Assembly: GCA_964517845.1 (NCBI GenBank) | Contig: CAZFCQ010000016.1 | Span: 1-30,191, forward strand | DNA: 30,191 nucleotides | Reading direction: 5' to 3' | From: an uncultured Thermoprotei archaeon | GTDB lineage: Archaea > Thermoproteota > Thermoprotei > QMSL01 > B3-G16 | In this document: piece by piece, positions 27,725 through 30,191 of the stretch | Position numbering within the stretch: the first letter of the stretch is position 1 | How the letters are laid out: the number at the start of each line of letters is the position of its first letter | The notes under the pieces: model-generated | Seen by the model: the letters and a program-made list of their open reading frames with translations, nothing else | What the model was told of the DNA's origin: nothing | The model's database searches: none | Position numbers and translations under genes: made by a program

Positions 27725-28312
27725 TTAAGAACTTCTCCTTATTATCTTATAAGCAACTACTACTGCTAAAACATGATCAACAAGAATATCCTGAGGAAGA
27801 AAAATGAGCACTCCTACAAAAAAGGCTACAAGAACATCATTAGAAGGAATCCCCAGTAGTCTAGCTACATTATACGCCCAAATTTTTATACCACCATCCA
27901 GCCATTTCAACCATAAAATAAGCCAAGACGCACCTATAGCGTATATGAAGATCGATACAAGCGTACAAACACCCCAACTCCTCACCTTATATCCTCTTCT
28001 AAGAATCGGACGAGCAAATATACTAACCATATACGATACTATAGGAAAAGCCCATAAATAACCTGCTGTAGGACCAACGAGGACTCCCATACCGCCTTTA
28101 AAACCTGCGGCTAAAGGAGCTCCTATCATTATTAACAAGAGATATAATAATTGAGATATACATGCATATCTAGGAGAAAGAAGTAAACCAGAAAGCATCA
28201 CACCAAAATTCTGGAACGTGTACGGAACAGGACCAACATATATACATAGTTGCGCACTCAAACCTGTTATTACTGCCATTAATGAAGCCATTACGAGCTC
28301 TCGTGTACTCAT
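27725..28312 (-). CDS. bioY: BioY-family biotin transporter (ECF S component-like)
   Basis: 195 aa, polytopic, with VPYTFQNFGVMLSGLLL, GAPLAAGFKGG and GPTAGYLWAFP, typical BioY motifs. Confidence 0.78.
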   Translation of the reverse strand: MSTRELVMASLMAVITGLSAQLCIYVGPVPYTFQNFGVMLSGLLLSPRYACISQLLYLLLIMIGAPLAAGFKGGMGVLVGPTAGYLWAFPIVSYMVSIFARPILRRGYKVRSWGVCTLVSIFIYAIGASWLILWLKWLDGGIKIWAYNVARLLGIPSNDVLVAFFVGVLIFLPQDILVDHVLAVVVAYKIIRRSS

Positions 28313-28377
28313 AAATCTCTCAAACTCCTACATCGCATTTAGATGAATAAAGGAAGATTAAAATTGGGGTAAGAGAA

Positions 28378-29643
28378 ATGGAAATAATCTCTTTGATGGA
28401 GCCTCATCGATTACCTATAATAGACCTTAGAGGAAATGTAGGAAGCCCATGTATAGTGTACAACCCATTTGAACCGTGTTACTACATACTATTCTTAGGC
28501 GAAAAAGAACCAGCACAGGCACTAAGAGAAGTATGGGTAGCACCAATAGAAAAAGACCTCACAATAGACTTAAACAATGCGAAAAGACTAGTACAACGCG
28601 ACTCACACATAGAAGCCCCTTCCTTCAAAGGAACCCCTATCCTAGTACCTCTAAAACGTGATGCCCATCTTAGTGCAATACGCGGAATATTTAATGCCAC
28701 AAGAAGAGAATACATCCTCACATTATCAATAGGTAAGCACACCTACGTACTCTACTTCGACGAAGACTGGAATCTCAAATCTTACAGAAAAGTATACTCG
28801 AACTCTGGAGACCACGGATTTCCCTTAGCTCCAATAGGAGCCTATGGAAGAGAACATCAAGCACTAACAACTATACCAAAAGGACCCTTAGTCAAACTTG
28901 GATACTTTGACAATATAGACTCTCCAGAGAAAGTCTCTCTAATATTAGACAGAGAATATGCCTTTCAACATGGTTGGGCAAATGATGTATGCGATATAAC
29001 ACTATTACCCAGAATAGCCCTACTTTATGAAAGTGATGAATTCGCCCAATGGAAAGTAAAAATAGCATTAGGTCCACCAACAATAGACTTCGGTCACCAT
29101 AAAAAACCAGGTATAGAATTCAACATAGGATTCCTAGTAGCATATCTACAATCTATCCTACCATTCCACTCACACTACGTCCAAATAGGACACCCACATT
29201 ACACTGTATATCCCGATGGAAAACCAAAGCTCTTAGTAGCATGCTTCAGAGACACTTGGAGCTCAAGACCAGACACAGGTAGAGAAGGCTATCGGCACGA
29301 AATACATGCAGTATATCTCAATAACACGGACATCTTCAACCCAAAAACCTACAACACACTAAAAGACACGATAATATCCCCGCAAAGAGGACAAACAAGC
29401 AAGTGGTATTACATTCAACAAGCTACGAAAGTAGTTCTCCTCATAACAGGAATCAAAAATACAACAAAAATTCAAGTAAATGAAGCTAGCTCCATAGAAG
29501 AGGCACTAGACCAAGAATACATAACTACCACACTTCCGGAAACCACAACCCCAACAAAAATCACTATAGAAAATCCCGCACCCACAATAAGAATCAAAAC
29601 TCAACAAAAAGGAACAAAAATAACCATGATAGCCTATTACTAA
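28378..29643 (+). CDS. hypothetical protein (421 aa), no recognised family; Thr/Pro-rich C-terminal tail
   Basis: 1266-nt open frame in AT-rich DNA, with only short ORFs on the other strand. No signal peptide is evident. Weak resemblance to beta-propeller glycosidase-like folds (SPCIVYNPFEPCYYILFLG); this is a guess only. Confidence 0.55.
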   Translation: MEIISLMEPHRLPIIDLRGNVGSPCIVYNPFEPCYYILFLGEKEPAQALREVWVAPIEKDLTIDLNNAKRLVQRDSHIEAPSFKGTPILVPLKRDAHLSAIRGIFNATRREYILTLSIGKHTYVLYFDEDWNLKSYRKVYSNSGDHGFPLAPIGAYGREHQALTTIPKGPLVKLGYFDNIDSPEKVSLILDREYAFQHGWANDVCDITLLPRIALLYESDEFAQWKVKIALGPPTIDFGHHKKPGIEFNIGFLVAYLQSILPFHSHYVQIGHPHYTVYPDGKPKLLVACFRDTWSSRPDTGREGYRHEIHAVYLNNTDIFNPKTYNTLKDTIISPQRGQTSKWYYIQQATKVVLLITGIKNTTKIQVNEASSIEEALDQEYITTTLPETTTPTKITIENPAPTIRIKTQQKGTKITMIAYY

Positions 29644-29677
29644 ACCAAGAATAAGAGGAAATCAAAGGCAATCAACC

Positions 29678-30181
29678 ATGCACGCCAAAGGACACCTAGG
29701 AATGGCATTACTCATAACTTTTAGCTTACTCTCTATATTCAAATTAAAATCGCCAAACCATATAGTTTTAGCCTTACTCACAGCAGGGTTAGCCACACTT
29801 CCTGACATAGACATAAAGCTAGAACTAACGCATAGGAAATACACTCATAACATACTATCATCCATAATCCTCGGTCTCTTCACAGCACACCTTTACAAGC
29901 CACTAGATCAGTACACTGGCTTCGTAGCAGGATTCTCAGCAACATGGATACATATATTAGGAGACCTTCCTACTCATACCCCATTCCCACCCCTATGGCC
30001 AATTCTCAAGAAGAAAGTAAGCTTAAAACTCTTTAAATCAAACAACCCCATCATAAACAACACATTCTGGATCCTTGGAATAACTACCACACTTGCATAC
30101 TTCCTCTTCATATACTCAAATACTGGGCATACACTTATAGACATAATAAAACAGATGATAAATCTACTAACAAGGAAATAA
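29678..30181 (+). CDS. membrane-bound metal-dependent hydrolase-like protein (YdjM/DUF457 family)
   Basis: 167 aa, hydrophobic. His/Asp pattern H-x3-G...LPDIDIK...THRKYTHN...HILGDLPTH matches the DUF457 layout as I recall it. Confidence 0.6.
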   Translation: MHAKGHLGMALLITFSLLSIFKLKSPNHIVLALLTAGLATLPDIDIKLELTHRKYTHNILSSIILGLFTAHLYKPLDQYTGFVAGFSATWIHILGDLPTHTPFPPLWPILKKKVSLKLFKSNNPIINNTFWILGITTTLAYFLFIYSNTGHTLIDIIKQMINLLTRK

Positions 30182-30191
30182 ATCAGGATCT

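Noticed and set aside
28476-29083. Short ORFs on both strands inside the 421-aa gene, and 27804..28061 and 29662..29844 inside or next to bioY and DUF457
   Set aside because: They are much shorter than, and nested in, the dominant open frames, and have no independent support.
1-30191. Search for CRISPR arrays, IS elements/transposases, integrases, rRNA genes and long direct or tandem repeats
   Set aside because: None was seen on reading the window. The only repeated motifs are SD-like GGTGAT sites and TATA-like AT tracts.

Overview
AT-rich (by eye; not computed) archaeal chromosomal core segment. It is most consistent with a thermophilic crenarchaeon. Supporting points: unsplit rpoB with split rpoA1/rpoA2, an Rpo3 carrying a Cys-rich Fe-S insert, GC-rich tRNAs in AT-rich DNA, and GGAGGTGAT-type Shine-Dalgarno (SD) sites. 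About 27 kb is information-processing genes. These are cdc48(5' part)-aEF1beta-Zn ribbon-GGR on the minus strand; pth2, truD and tRNA-Lys(UUU); then rpoH-rpoB-rpoA1-rpoA2-rpl30e-nusA-rps12 running straight into rpoD-rpl18e-rpl13-rps9. Next come an inverted rpoN, rps2, a Memo-like gene, mvk (minus) and idi2. On the minus strand follow rps11-rps4-rps13, cbf5, rpl14e, cmk, rpl34e and DUF106/YidC-like, then EF-1alpha-rps10 and tRNA-Ser(UGA). The last ~4.3 kb is accessory-like: an orphan ORF, a decayed HEPN next to an intact MNT nucleotidyltransferase, bioY, and two genes with clearly different codon usage. No rRNA, CRISPR array, transposase or integrase was seen. Main hunt result: two protein-coding genes are interrupted by very short bulge-helix-bulge (BHB, tRNA-type) introns. 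One is the expected crenarchaeal cbf5 case (19 nt, splitting the catalytic Asp codon). The other is a 27-nt element with two in-frame stops just before the P-loop codons of the essential EF-1alpha gene, which I do not know to have been described. Secondary observations: nusA and rps2 appear to start at ATC codons at the canonical SD spacing, and a C/D box sRNA candidate lies antisense at the rps10 3' end. There is also a single-gene inversion of rpoN and rearranged operon synteny. All calls rest on reading the sequence and recalling protein families; no database search was run.
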